Under the pieces are notes generated by a model. The model was not told where the DNA came from. It ran no database searches and saw only the letters and a list, made by a program, of their open reading frames with translations. A stretch of 64,000 nucleotides of DNA, from NCBI GenBank assembly GCA_030141605.1, contig JAQGDQ010000085.1:310001-374000 (forward strand), in the 5' to 3' direction. The position numbers and the translations under genes are program-made. The stretch is from Tubiluchus corallicola (taxonomy: Eukaryota > Animalia > Priapulida). Below are positions 1 through 25,668 of this stretch, in pieces (position 1 is the stretch's first letter; every line of letters starts with the position of its first letter).

Positions 1-72
1 ATTATGATAATAATACTAGCATAAAACTGAAGCATCCTAAACTTGAACTAATACAACTACAAATCTGCATAC

Positions 73-13528
<13,456 letters not shown>

Positions 13529-13701
13529 GATTCCGAAACTGCTTAGATGGGTATCAACATGTGACACCATACCAAGCTTTACATTCTTTTCGTTTCAAAT
13601 TTACGTGGTTGTACCAGACTATTTTTGATGATGTTGCGCCATCTATTGGAAATAAATTGTAGTAAAATTGCTTCGAATGTTCATTTTGGAACTCGTAAAA
13701 G
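13529..13701. promoter_or_regulatory. Bidirectional promoter region MAN1A/FMR1 containing CTCF-like motif (CCAATAGATGGCGC on minus, 13636-13649)
   Basis: 173 bp between divergent ATGs; no obvious splice acceptor upstream of either ATG. Confidence 0.7.
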
Positions 13702-16700
13702 ATGGAGGACGAATTAGAAGTGGAAGTTCGTGGAGAAAACGACGCTTATTACAGAGTAAGTAACAGTTTATTTGACAAGTTCCAGCTTCTCCAGATTTGC
13801 AAATCTTGCGTTTGTTTTATTTAGCTACCGTTCCGTTAATGAAACGTTGTTTCAATTATTTTTTGAGGCAGAAAGTAACGATGTAATTTGACCCACCTAA
13901 ACCAGCGTGCGGAATGACTCGGTTTTTCTTAATACGGCCTGAAAATTTCTAACAAGCTAGCCTTTAGTTGTCAGAATTTAGATGTACACCTGGTTAAACA
14001 ATTGCAGTTGATGTTGTATGATAAGTAAGTTAAAGTAACGGTTGGGTACGTAGTATGGTAAATATTTCACCCAGTAATACTGTTCACCAAAGAAAATTTG
14101 GATGAAGTACCAGAGACAAACTCTCTTTGATGCGCACAGCAGCGAGGCGCTAGATTTAACTCACTTAAATGCAGACTTGGCTAGAGAAAAACTACTAAAA
14201 TTAAAGATGGATTCCAGGTCCAGACAATATACATCCAAGGATTTTTAAAGAAGCTTGCACAAGAAATAGCGGATCCAGTAACACAAACCTTCCACGTGTC
14301 GTATACTACAGGGAAAGTCCGTTAGCATGAATAATGGCAATTATTACATCTGTGTAAAAAGGACTCACCTGATAATTATCGACCCATATCACAATAAAAT
14401 CATGGAATCAATCGTTAGCATCAGTGATGTCGTATTATAACACTTGCTAGATAACGTCTTAATAAGGAACTCACAACAGTAGTTTTCTAACTGTGGAAGG
14501 TCATGTATAAGTAACCTGTTGGATTTTCTGGAAGATGCAATACCAGCATTTGACAAAGGAAACCCAATTAATATAGTTGGATTTTCAGGAAGCCTTTGAC
14601 AAAGTGTCACATGTCAAACTGATCAACAAATTAAAAGCAATGGGCATAAAGGGTCACTTATTAGCACTGATAACAAACTGGCTTAAAGACGTCACTATAA
14701 TATTATCAAAGTTTACTGGTGATTGTAAGATCTATGTTATAAAAGGTAGGCAATATAAAGGACTTATTGGAATTTAGACAGTGACTCTTTCAGTGGTCAG
14801 TGAACGAATGATATTCCATCCAGATAAATGCTAGGTAATGCAAGTGGACTATGACAACCCATATCAGGAATAAAACATCAACGGCAACCTACTTGTCAAA
14901 GTCAGAGAACAAGCAGACTTGGGTGTCAAACTAAGTGACAATTTTAAGCCAACATTACATATAACAGAAAAAGTAAAGAAGTCTAACTAACTGCTTGGAA
15001 TGATCAGAAAGAATTTTAGTAATAGGTCTATTGCAGTAATTATACCTGTGTATATATATATACATATATACCTTTACATATACATATATAAATCCATGAT
15101 GACCAGTTACAGTTTAGAGTATGCATCATCACTCACTCAAAGTGTGGAATCCATATTATTCTCAAGATGTTAAACTAATCGAAAGTGTTCAAAAAAGAGC
15201 CTCAAAACTCTACGCTACAGCATTATCAACAAGAAGCTTGGCATGCCCCAAGGGATTATGGAAACTTCGACCTCACTTGTTAGCAATACACAAAGGTAGT
15301 TGTGACCAATTTCAAACATGCAAGTTTCCAATGGCACAAACATGTGTTACAAATGAAGATATACATGAAAGAAGACTTAGAGGAGAGCATATGGCTAACT
15401 GCTTAAATGCCATACAAGACTGAAAATATGCAGAAATCTCTATTTCCGATTTGTAATAAATCGTGGAAAACAGTACCACAAGCTGCAATAGATGAGCACT
15501 GCAAACTTAAACCAATACATAGATCGCAGAACGTCAAACAACCAGCGGGGGTCCACGTCGCCGTGACCAATGAGGCTCTTTTATTTAGCGCTTACTGTTG
15601 TCCTATTGCTGAGGGCTTTACTCACATGCCCAGCAATATTTGCACTTAAAACCTATATGAAATATACAGCAATAACGTATGTTCATGATTATTTTTGCTT
15701 TCTTCTTGCCATAAAAAGCCTTATGCAGCTAAAATCTGTTAATAGTAGTGAGTATAATGAAGCATTGTGCTTAGAGCACATGTAATGCGGATGTTCACTA
15801 TCCAGAAAGATTATGAGGAGTTTGACTTGTAAGTTTCCCCAACCCAAAAACGACTTAGACAAGTGTCATCATTGGGTCAAGGCATGCGAGAAGCCACATG
15901 AACAGCTCAACCCATTAAAAATTAATAAAAATCGTGCAGTTTACTCAAAGAGGAGTTTTTTAATCCTGCTGCCTACTTGTAGAATGTGTCGTGCTAAATC
16001 AGGACTTGACGCACTACAATAACATATTCCAGATACTGTACTGCAAAAAATACGATTTTTTTGTTGAGTATGGCTGTCTGAATGTACAGTAATATAGTTA
16101 AATAGTTCAGCTGGGCTAACTCACTTGATTTTTATTTAATTTATTCAGTTTTTGTGTTTATGTTAGAATTAGGTACAAGACACTAAAATAATTTGTTTTT
16201 GGTGTAAGTAAAGGTGTTATGAAAATCTTTCTTTACAACACAACATGTAAAGCAAAGTTAACACAACGTTTCATGTTTATTATTATGGTAACGCTTTTAT
16301 TGTAATTATGTTTGAAACTTCGCAATAAATCTTGATATAGTGCACATATCCTTGCATATAATAATTAAGTCGTCTTCGTAAGGATTTACTAGGCAAGTTC
16401 TTATAGTTTGGTTTGTAGCACAATGATACATTTTCCGGAATTGCCGATAAATCACTTGAAATACACCCATTTTCCATGTTTTCACACTTGTTTATATACT
16501 GTAGTGACTTGCAGCGAGTGAGTGTTTGTGAGAACGTGTGTTACGTGATCAAGCTAGGTCTAAACACCACTTGCAATCTATCTAGTTAAGAACAAAATAG
16601 GCACTTACATTGAAGAGGTGGGAAGTACAAATCTGGAATGTCTCTGCAATGGTGTGCAGTATTGCCACATATAATGTGCATCTACAGCCCTTTGTACTAA

Positions 16701-19700
16701 GCTTTTGCACTTAAGGAAGACCACCCTAGAAAGATAATCAAGCACGAAGAGTTTTGAATAATCAGTGGTATGGGGGAAGGGGGTCTTCCCAGATAAGTTT
16801 TAGATAAGTCTTTTGCTACTTCATTTGCAGCCTTGCAGACATAATCGATGATGATGTGGATCACGAATCCCTTGATCATGGGCTACGAACATTTTCAGTT
16901 AATAAGCCGGTGGGTTAACTGAAACCTGGCTTCGTTTATAACAAGCTTTTCTAAAATGTAATGCAAAATTGGCAGCGAGGCATTTGAATGATAAGACTTT
17001 TTGCACTGACCTGAAGATAAAACACGCTTGTTTCGTCCGAAATTATTTATCCTGCACGAGAAAATCAAAATATATGTGGATCCACTTCAAAACTCGAAGC
17101 CATTCGTATGGATCATTACAGTTACATGTCAAGCAAACCATTCAGAAATCACTGCACACTTTATTTACTAATTAATATTATTTGGTGTATTTCAGGCTTA
17201 CATTCGTGGTGTTGACCTCAGAAGTAAAGAAGTGACTGTAGCATTCGAGGATAATTGGCAGCCAGAATGCAAAGTGCCGTTTTCCAAAGTGAGAAAGCCT
17301 CCTGCCAATTTTCGGCAAGGGCAGAAGTTTGATGTGAAGCAAGGAGATGACGTCGAAGTACTTTCTGTGAGTGTGACTTTTTTTTATTAAACTTCGTTAG
17401 CTATTATTTTGTGCATATAAAACTTTTGCAGTTAAAACTAAGCTGAATAAATTGATGATGGCCTCAATGATCAACCGTGTCTTGATACTCATTTTTGCCC
17501 TGAAATGACAGATTTATAACTAGAAAAAGTAAATGATATGAACAAATATTTGGAGAGATTTAAAAGCACTTCTGGAGACGCTTGTAATTTACTTTTTTTC
17601 TATTACGAATAAAATTGTAATTTCGTTAGACCTATAAACTTTGATTACAACCATAGCCTATTAACTAAGCTGTCCTTTTTATAACAATGCTAGTAATAGA
17701 TGACCAGTCTGATCTCAGAATTATGATACTATGATTTACCTACTAGTCTTACATTGTAATTATAACACTAAATATGTCCTGCCATGCTAACTGAGTCAAC
17801 CCGAAGGAATTTTTATCATAGACTTTGCATCGTCCGTTTAATTTTTTTAAACTATATACACGCCCGTGAATCTTTTCATGAATTTTTGCTCGATAATGTG
17901 GTCCTTTTTTCAGGTGCTTTCTCATGCTGGACCAGCAACTACGAGGCCTGAAGATGAAGTTTATGCCTGGTGGCAGGCAAAGGTCCAAATGGTAAAAGGA
18001 GATTTCTTTGTAATCGAATTCCTGGGATGGGAGTCAACTTACAATGAAATTGTCACCATCGACAGGTGAATTATCCTTTTTTGAGTGTAATCTTATTTAA
18101 AATGTTTTTAAATAACAAGTGGATAGAGGTTTTTGCTTCACGGACAGTCTACAGGACGCTTTTTCAGGCAGTGGGACACAAGTTTTTTATTTAAAACATT
18201 TCCCTAAAATTTTTAATGAAAAAAACTTTAGATGCTTTTCCCCTCTTTATTAGCAAAAATAACAAATCTGTTACACATTCTAATATTCACCTGCTTTAAG
18301 TCTGTTGTAAGCCTTGTCATTTTAGAAGTCCAACTTTTCAAATTTTTATGGGGCTTTGCTCTTAAACCTCTAACTCTTTGTTGCAACCCCTGATCCTGGT
18401 ACACTAATTTATAGTCCTTGGGACATATGTAAGGTTTTCCACCTCTGGTGGTAGGACTGAAATCTAGGTCATTGTCAAGAATAATTTTTCTGAACAGATA
18501 ACGATATCTGTGTCATTTTCTTTCGCTTATATTTTCTTTTAACTTTGAGTGTGACATCTCTATGTTTGTTTTAAATTGTGTATGTTTCCCTAACAAGTTC
18601 GTTTGATTACATACTTTCTGATTTGTTTTAGGATTCGTCCTCCAAATAAAAATCCTCCAATAACAGAAAAATGCTTCTTTTTTACATCGATACCCGTTCC
18701 AGAAGACCTGCGAGAATACTCTAGGAATATCAACCACCACAAAGAATTCCGAAAGGCCATAGGCGCTTCTCTGGTATACTACGTAGAAGACGATGCAAGT
18801 CTAGTTGTTATAAGCACCAGTGAACAGACTAAAAAACGTGCACTTATGCTTAGTGAAATGCATTTTAGAAACTTGCGACAAAAAATTCTACTTCTGGCTA
18901 GAACAGAAGAGGCCGCCAAACAGCTAGAAAGCACAAAGCTAAATGTCACATCTGGCTACATGGAAGAATTCTCTGTGAGGGAGGATTTAATGGGACTTGC
19001 CATTGGTGCTCATGGTGCCAACATACAACTAGCCCGTAATGTTGAAGGCGTAACAAATATCGACCTTGATGAAAACAGCTGCACCTTTAAGATCTATGGC
19101 GATACAGAAGACTGTGTTAAGAAAGCTCGCAGTTACTTAGAATATTCTGAAGAATCTATGCAAGTGCCCAGAGATCTCATTGGTAAGGTTATTGGCAAGA
19201 ATGGTCGAATTATTCAGGAGATAGTCGATAAATCGGGCGTCGTCCGAGTTAAAATTGAAGGCGATTCCGATCCTAATGCCAGTGTCGAGCGCAGGGAAGG
19301 CTTGGTGCCATTTATATTTGTTGGAACTGTTGAAACAATTAACAATGCTGTAGTGTTGTTGGAATATCATTTGGCACATCTCAAAGAAGTTGAACAACTT
19401 CGCATGGAGAAGTTGGAAATTGACCAACAGTTAAGAAACATTGGTGTCATGAATCAGGGTGCTACGTTTGGTAGAGGTGGCAAGGCTCCTGATGATGACA
19501 ATTTTCGGGGTCGTGGGCGTGGCCGAGGATATCCGTTCAGGGGAGGGCGAGGTCGAGGCGGTCGTGGTGGTGCATGGAATTACATTGGCGGAGATGAACT
19601 GCCACCTAGTGACTACCCACCTGATTACGATGGTGGTTATCCAAGGCGAGGCAGAGGCTCATCACGTGGTGGCCGATTTAGAGGACGAGGTCAAGGAAGA

Positions 19701-20399
19701 TCTGGGTTTCCTCCATTGCCATCAAGTTCAGAAGTATCAAGGAATGAGACACCTGAAAGAGACGGAGCCAAATATTCAGATTTTGGAAGTGGTAGGGGCG
19801 ATGCCAGGCGGCGAGTGACAGATGATGAAGATACGGTTCTTGATAATCGTGACCCTGAGGTCTCGAGTGTAGCTAGTGTGGAAAGTGCATCATCTGTAGA
19901 ACCAAGCAGTGGAAATGCGCTTAACAAGAGAGTCAAGCGAAAACGGCGCAAGAACTTACGGAAGCAACCAAGTGGCCAGGATGGCTTACCTCCCAATGGC
20001 ACAACGAAACCAGCTATTGCAGGAACCTCAAATGGAATTGACAGCCGCAATGCAAATAACAATAATAATCTTGAGAGAAGTAGATACATGCCAGCTAGGA
20101 ACACTGCTTCATCTAGGAGACCAGACCTCTGGCGGCCCTATGGCAGGGGTAATTATAGAGGGCGAGGGCCTTATTCTGGTCGAAGTAGACCATATTATGG
20201 TAGAGGTCGTCCATATTCTACCAGAGGCAAGACTCATGTTGAATCTTACCAAAAAGGCATGGTGAATGGCATGAGCAGCTCTGTGGAGTCCGAAAGACAT
20301 GATCGTCCCGAAGATGACTGGGGTCATGATAACGAGAATGATGATAGTCACGATTGGATTGATGACGACAAAGCAAAAGTGGAAAGTGAAGACCATTAA
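13702..20399 (+). CDS. FMR1: Fragile X messenger ribonucleoprotein 1 / FXR family RNA-binding protein (Agenet x2, KH0, KH1, KH2, RGG), ~711 aa
   Basis: Exons 13702-13755 ([18 protein letters not shown], cf. human MEELVVEVRGSNGAFYK), 17196-17357 (or -17366), 17914-18065 ([18 protein letters not shown]...YNEIVTIDR), 18632-20399 ([44 protein letters not shown] tracts). Total 2136 nt, in frame to TAA. Confidence 0.95.
14080..15520 (+). mobile_element. Decayed CR1/L2-clade LINE ORF2 (reverse transcriptase) remnant in FMR1 intron 1
   Basis: Frameshifted pieces read [86 protein letters not shown]; many stops; (TA)n insertion ~15050-15090. Confidence 0.85.
15757..16480. mobile_element. Degenerate DNA transposon remnant with THAP zinc-finger fragment (+) and a convergent second-ORF fragment (-)
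   Basis: 15757-15950 reads [59 protein letters not shown] (THAP C2CH-like with FP and W). 16477-16283 is a coding-like fragment on the opposite strand. Confidence 0.55.
18632..20399 (+). CDS. FMR1: FMR1-like terminal coding exon (1768 nt) encoding KH0/KH1/KH2 and the RGG-rich C-terminus
   Basis: ORF 18603..20399; acceptor tttgttttag at 18622-18631; KH GxxG loops GAHG and GKNG. Confidence 0.93.
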
Positions 20400-23300
20400 A
20401 TACAAGAAACTCAAAACACAGAGAGTGAGAAGGATGAGGCTTTAATAAGATCTTGATGGCCTTGCATTCTTCATGAGCTATGCACTGCAATGCGTTTGCA
20501 GTCCGCTTTGCGACTGAACAGAGTTCAGGCATCGCAGTTTGAATTTGGCATTTTTCATAATATATTGTCCACTTATTGAACTTGAAGGCAGCATGCCGGT
20601 TTGGTGTTAAAATTTGAAGCATGAAATGTTACAAGTGATGGTTTGTTCGTACTGCAACAAAAATCGGACTAAATAACCAGTTGCTATCAGAGTACTGAGG
20701 AGTGTTCTTACCAATACTAGACCGTTTTTAAATATGATTTGCCATCGTAGTGGTTTACCAGTTAGTGCACATGATTAAATTTTGTATTATTTAGAAATTT
20801 TTATTGCGTTAATTGCATGGCTTGTGAAAAAGTATGGTATATTTGGTGAATGTTCACAATTTGTAGCTTTGTGCTAATAGTTTGTGAGGAAAATCTTGCT
20901 CCTAAGTTTTCGTGAAATGTTACATTTGTTAAAAATAATCTCGATACACTTAAACTTGTTTCCTATTGCCGTAATTGGATATTTTGGCAACGTTTTTTGC
21001 AACGCTCGTTTTTTTTGTAATTTTTGTCTTATTAAGAAGACTGTAATGTGGAAAAAAGCTAACTTAACCTAAATGCCAAGTGTTGAGAAACAAGTTTAAA
21101 TGTACTGAAGTGTTATGAATGTGTAAACAAGATGCCCGAACGTTGCATGAATAAATATTAGTCGAAATACTAAGAAATGTAGACTGCTTAGGACTTTTCA
21201 GTTTTGCAACTTGTTTTCACAGTGTAAGACTTGATTTATGTGTACTCATGATCAGTAAGCATTCATAAATAGCATAGAAATGATGTTCTATTATTGCATA
21301 CTGCTTGCAGCTTCTTAGAATGGTAAATGATTGTATCTTAAGATTCTGATGCTTTAGTTCTTTTGGATAACTTATTGCTTACGAGTGCTTTTAGTTATTA
21401 AGAGAATTGCATAGTAAAGTTTTCATTTTCATGAATGCTGAAATGCCTTGTACTTTATTTACATAGAAAAAATATAGAAATACATTATTTTTACATTAGG
21501 ACTCTTGCATTTAGTTATTGTTCTGCTCTGTTAGTTTACTTATTGATCTTTTATTAGCAGGTTATGGTATTTTTTTCAATTGCTAGTTTATTATATGACT
21601 GCGTATTCTTCTTTAGTGATGTTTTATATTTACAAGTTTTCACACTCTATTTAGACCTTTCTTTAAAACTGAGTAATTGTGTTGTGTGATGCATACGTTT
21701 CATTGCCACTTGTTTTTGGAACAGGTCCTTTTTTCAAAAAATCTCTGCCCGTCTATCTTAGAACATAACTGTCTATAAAGTAAGCAGCACTTTTTTGGAC
21801 TAGAGCTTGCGTACATTTTTCTCACCACAAATTATTGTAATCAGCTTGTACTGCATAATATTAGTTAGGATGTTAGGAGAAATTGTTTTACATCCCCAAG
21901 TTCGTAATTACATGACTTATGCCAGAGAGAATTGTTATGTACAAATAAATGATCTAAATATTGGACCACCAAGCAGAGACTAGGCAGAGGTGAAATACTT
22001 GAGGAATGTATTAGTCCAGTCAGAATTGCTTGTGGTCCATATAAATGAATAGACCTATATTATGATAAAATGCAAGAACTTGTATTTTATATGATACTTG
22101 ACACCCTGCATAATCAGAATTTCGAATATTTCGGAAAGGTTTCTTTTAATAACACTAATGAAAGATGTTCATTTAAAAGTGTGTTGATGTTAGCATGTTG
22201 AAGCACATACTGAAAGAACTGTCTGTCTTATTTTGCCCTCTATCAGATGTCAATGTGGGGCAAAACAAATGTTCTTGCTTCTCTCACATTATGGCGATCA
22301 TTGAACAAGAGAGAAACGCACTGGCTACATCTTCAAAAAAATGTAATTAGTCAATTTGTGACTGAGCAATTGATGGATAGGTGCTGAGTATATTTATGGC
22401 ATATATGTTTGCAGCATGTGTGGGTTGGAGTAAAGAAAAAAAACAGACATTGTATTTTTGTGGTCGTTTGTATTAATATCATCGTTTTGCAGCTTTTAGA
22501 ATTGTTTGTATAGTTCTCGTCTGTATTGGCACTGAATAAGTCAGTTAAAATGTTTAGTTTGTTATAATTATTATTGTGTTTATTAGTTGCTTATTCATTT
22601 TGTTTGTTTATCTCTCGCTGATTTATTTGTTCAATATTTATTTAATGATTGTGATGTTATGAAAGGTGTTTTCTATATTGTTCAATTACTTTTAACTCGA
22701 GTTGAAAACTGGCTGTCTGTAAGTCGACTGTCTTGTGCAGTTTGTTATAGTAAAAATTTGTTGTGTAGGACATTATAACTTAATTTACTAAAACGACTTT
22801 GAAGTAATACTTATGCCAGTTTCAGTTCACCTAATTACTGTTATCACTTCGTTATTTTATTCTTTTTGTGGTAATTCAATGTCATATGATTGCGGACCCT
22901 GTATGAAACCCACACACGCAATGAAGATCATTTCAGAATTCGATTCAGCAACGTTTATTGCTCAGTCATTCAAAATGTATTCCGCCTGATTGATGCTTGA
23001 AAATGTGTGTGCATCGTAATTCTGTATTCCAACCCTAAGCTTCGATCATTGCAACAGGCGAGTTTAAGGTTAAACTTATGATAAAGGAGGTAAGCGATTA
23101 AGAATCTAGACAAGCCTCTTAAATAACAGACTAAGAGTGAAACCGATAAAGGACCTAAAGGCATCGTATAAATATATGTAGATGCCATTGATGTATCTCG
23201 ATGATAGAAACAAATGTACCGGACATAGATGCTTTTCTCTACTATTAAATTTATTTACTTCATTGTAATAAGACTATGTTGTTCGATTGTTTCCTTTTTC

Positions 23301-25668
23301 ACTTGCATCATCTCACAAAAAACATGTGTAACATGTAGAAATATGTCACAGAGAAATACGTTTATTGCTGCAGTTCGACTGGTAAAGACTGAAGGTCAGT
23401 TGCATTATGTACCTCTGCGAGATTTTGTGTTATTTACATTGCATGGATGAACCATTTCATTTTGTCACAAAACAAGACGAAAATACTTTTGTTACGTAAT
23501 GTATTGCTTTATAATATTATAAGTTATACATATCATATTATCAATAACCACTTTAAGGAATGTAATTTAACATGGTTGCTTTATCACAAGACAAAATAGT
23601 AAAATTATCAAGAATTGCATATATAAATATTAATACTTTCTATACTATGAAATATCGTGCAAATCAGGCAATATTTACGGACGGGTGAACATGTCATTGA
23701 TAAAATTAGAAAAAATTCTCTTCATAACACAGTAGTGCAAATGGTAAATTTTATAAAATAACTGACAACCACTAGTAAGCAAATTGGTAAAAATATCCCA
23801 AAATACAGAATTTTTATACTTTTTTTATTAAAACAACATTTCAGCCCCTCTACCAATCATCAATAGGCAAAATAACCAGAGCAGTTAAAAAGGTGATTCA
23901 ATAAAATGTATAAGAAAATTATATTTACTGTGGGATATTTCTACCAATTGCTATATTTTTCTTGCTATTAAGTACATAGGCAAGTTATTTTCAGGTTATT
24001 ATTAATAAAATTGAAGTGAAATCGTTGCAAATTGTTGCACAGTGAGCTCATGAACACAAAAAAAACTTTTAAGCCACAATTCTGAATTCTACCAACATTC
24101 TTCATTGCTTGCTAATAGGCTTTCATTAAATGTCATCGAGCCCAATTAAGCGTGCAGACCCTAAAATTCCCCTTTCTGAACTGTCTCAGTGCGTCAGCAA
24201 CCATATGCTGTACAGAGTCATATAAACAAACTTCAAGAACTCTGTGAACTTCTTACGTTTCACAAAACAATTCGCACGTTTAGGCAGTTAAAGCGACAGG
24301 CAACTGGGAACTCTAGGCTGAACAGCTTGCTCATATCATAATTACTAGCACATGGGAAAGCAGCAGACTGTAATGGCTAATTAGAAGCCAGTTCTCTATG
24401 GCTTCACCCAGTCTACTGCCACCAGCGTGCCTAGTGGATGTTTTGACCCAGATGTATATTTTGACAAATGCTTCAGTTACACTGAAACAGGCTATAATGC
24501 AAAGCGGGGTCCACATCGGCTGGCTAACAACCACAGGGAATGCATACAATGATGCTGTATCGAAATCACATTCACTTTTAAGGCACAGACGATAACAGCT
24601 AATGGACACAGAACACCAGAAGTCAACTAAACTTGCTAATTAACAGTGCTTTGGTATTCAGATATCCCTGCTCACACAACACAAATGAACATACACCATT
24701 TTCTAAGGAATGCCTACACGAATATAACAATTCTCCAAAATCGTGATAATATTATTCAGCTGGTCGGAATCAGAAATTATTACTGTATGTTAAAACCGCT
24801 GTAAACTACAAAACTAACCTAATTGGTCCCAATTTCTCCAGCTGATGGATGGAATGGGTAAAATGGTCCTTCCAACCTTTTACAACTTACTGGTGCACAA
24901 AGTAGTCTATCGTGAACTTGGTTAAATGGGAAAAATTCTATGTAAATAAATCTCAAAACTATCCAAAAATACCTTCAGTTACTCGTCAATTATTATAGAA
25001 TGATTGTAAAACTGGCATTCATTCATTCAAGACAATTTCTGTGCACTACTGTGGCAATTTAGAAGCTAATAATGCATGCTAAATTAACTTATACAAGCCT
25101 AATTAAATAACACGTTATGATATACAGTAAATTTCTAAGAAATTTGTGACGAAAATTAATCTCATTACCAAAAAAATCGGGTGTACAGATTATCCTGCAT
25201 AATCATATAAGGTTGAACATCATTCAGTACATGATCTTAGTTTATAGAAAACGTTTAGGTAAATTATATGATAGCATTTAGCCGCTTCACACACCTCACT
25301 CAACAATACAATTTATAATATAAACAATCACAACCATGGAGGAAGTGCAAGCTGTAAATTCTCCTTGTAAGGAAAGCATTACACAAAATGTTACAAACAT
25401 GCAAAAACCCACGCACGTAAATATCTCATACTTAATAAATAGAAGGTGAATAAAAGTGAAGATTGTTGCAAGAGGGTGTCAGATTAAAAGATAAATAGCA
25501 TTTTCATTCAATCTCTTCATAATCACATTCACACATTACGGAGCAAATAAAACAAACATTCATGATGCAATCACAACTATAAGGAAGTCATAATGAAACA
25601 CAAGGCCACATTTTAAATTCTGATCCTGCTGTAGGTGTTAAATAAGATGTAAAATAGAGTAAAATATC

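Noticed and set aside
19137-20622. Several overlapping alternative-frame and antisense ORFs (96-137 aa) over the FMR1 last exon
   Set aside because: Shadow ORFs expected in GC-richer, low-complexity coding sequence; no recognisable motifs
24331-24609. ORFs on both strands in a GC-richer patch downstream of Myo6
   Set aside because: No homology cues or convincing splice signals; most likely 3'UTR sequence
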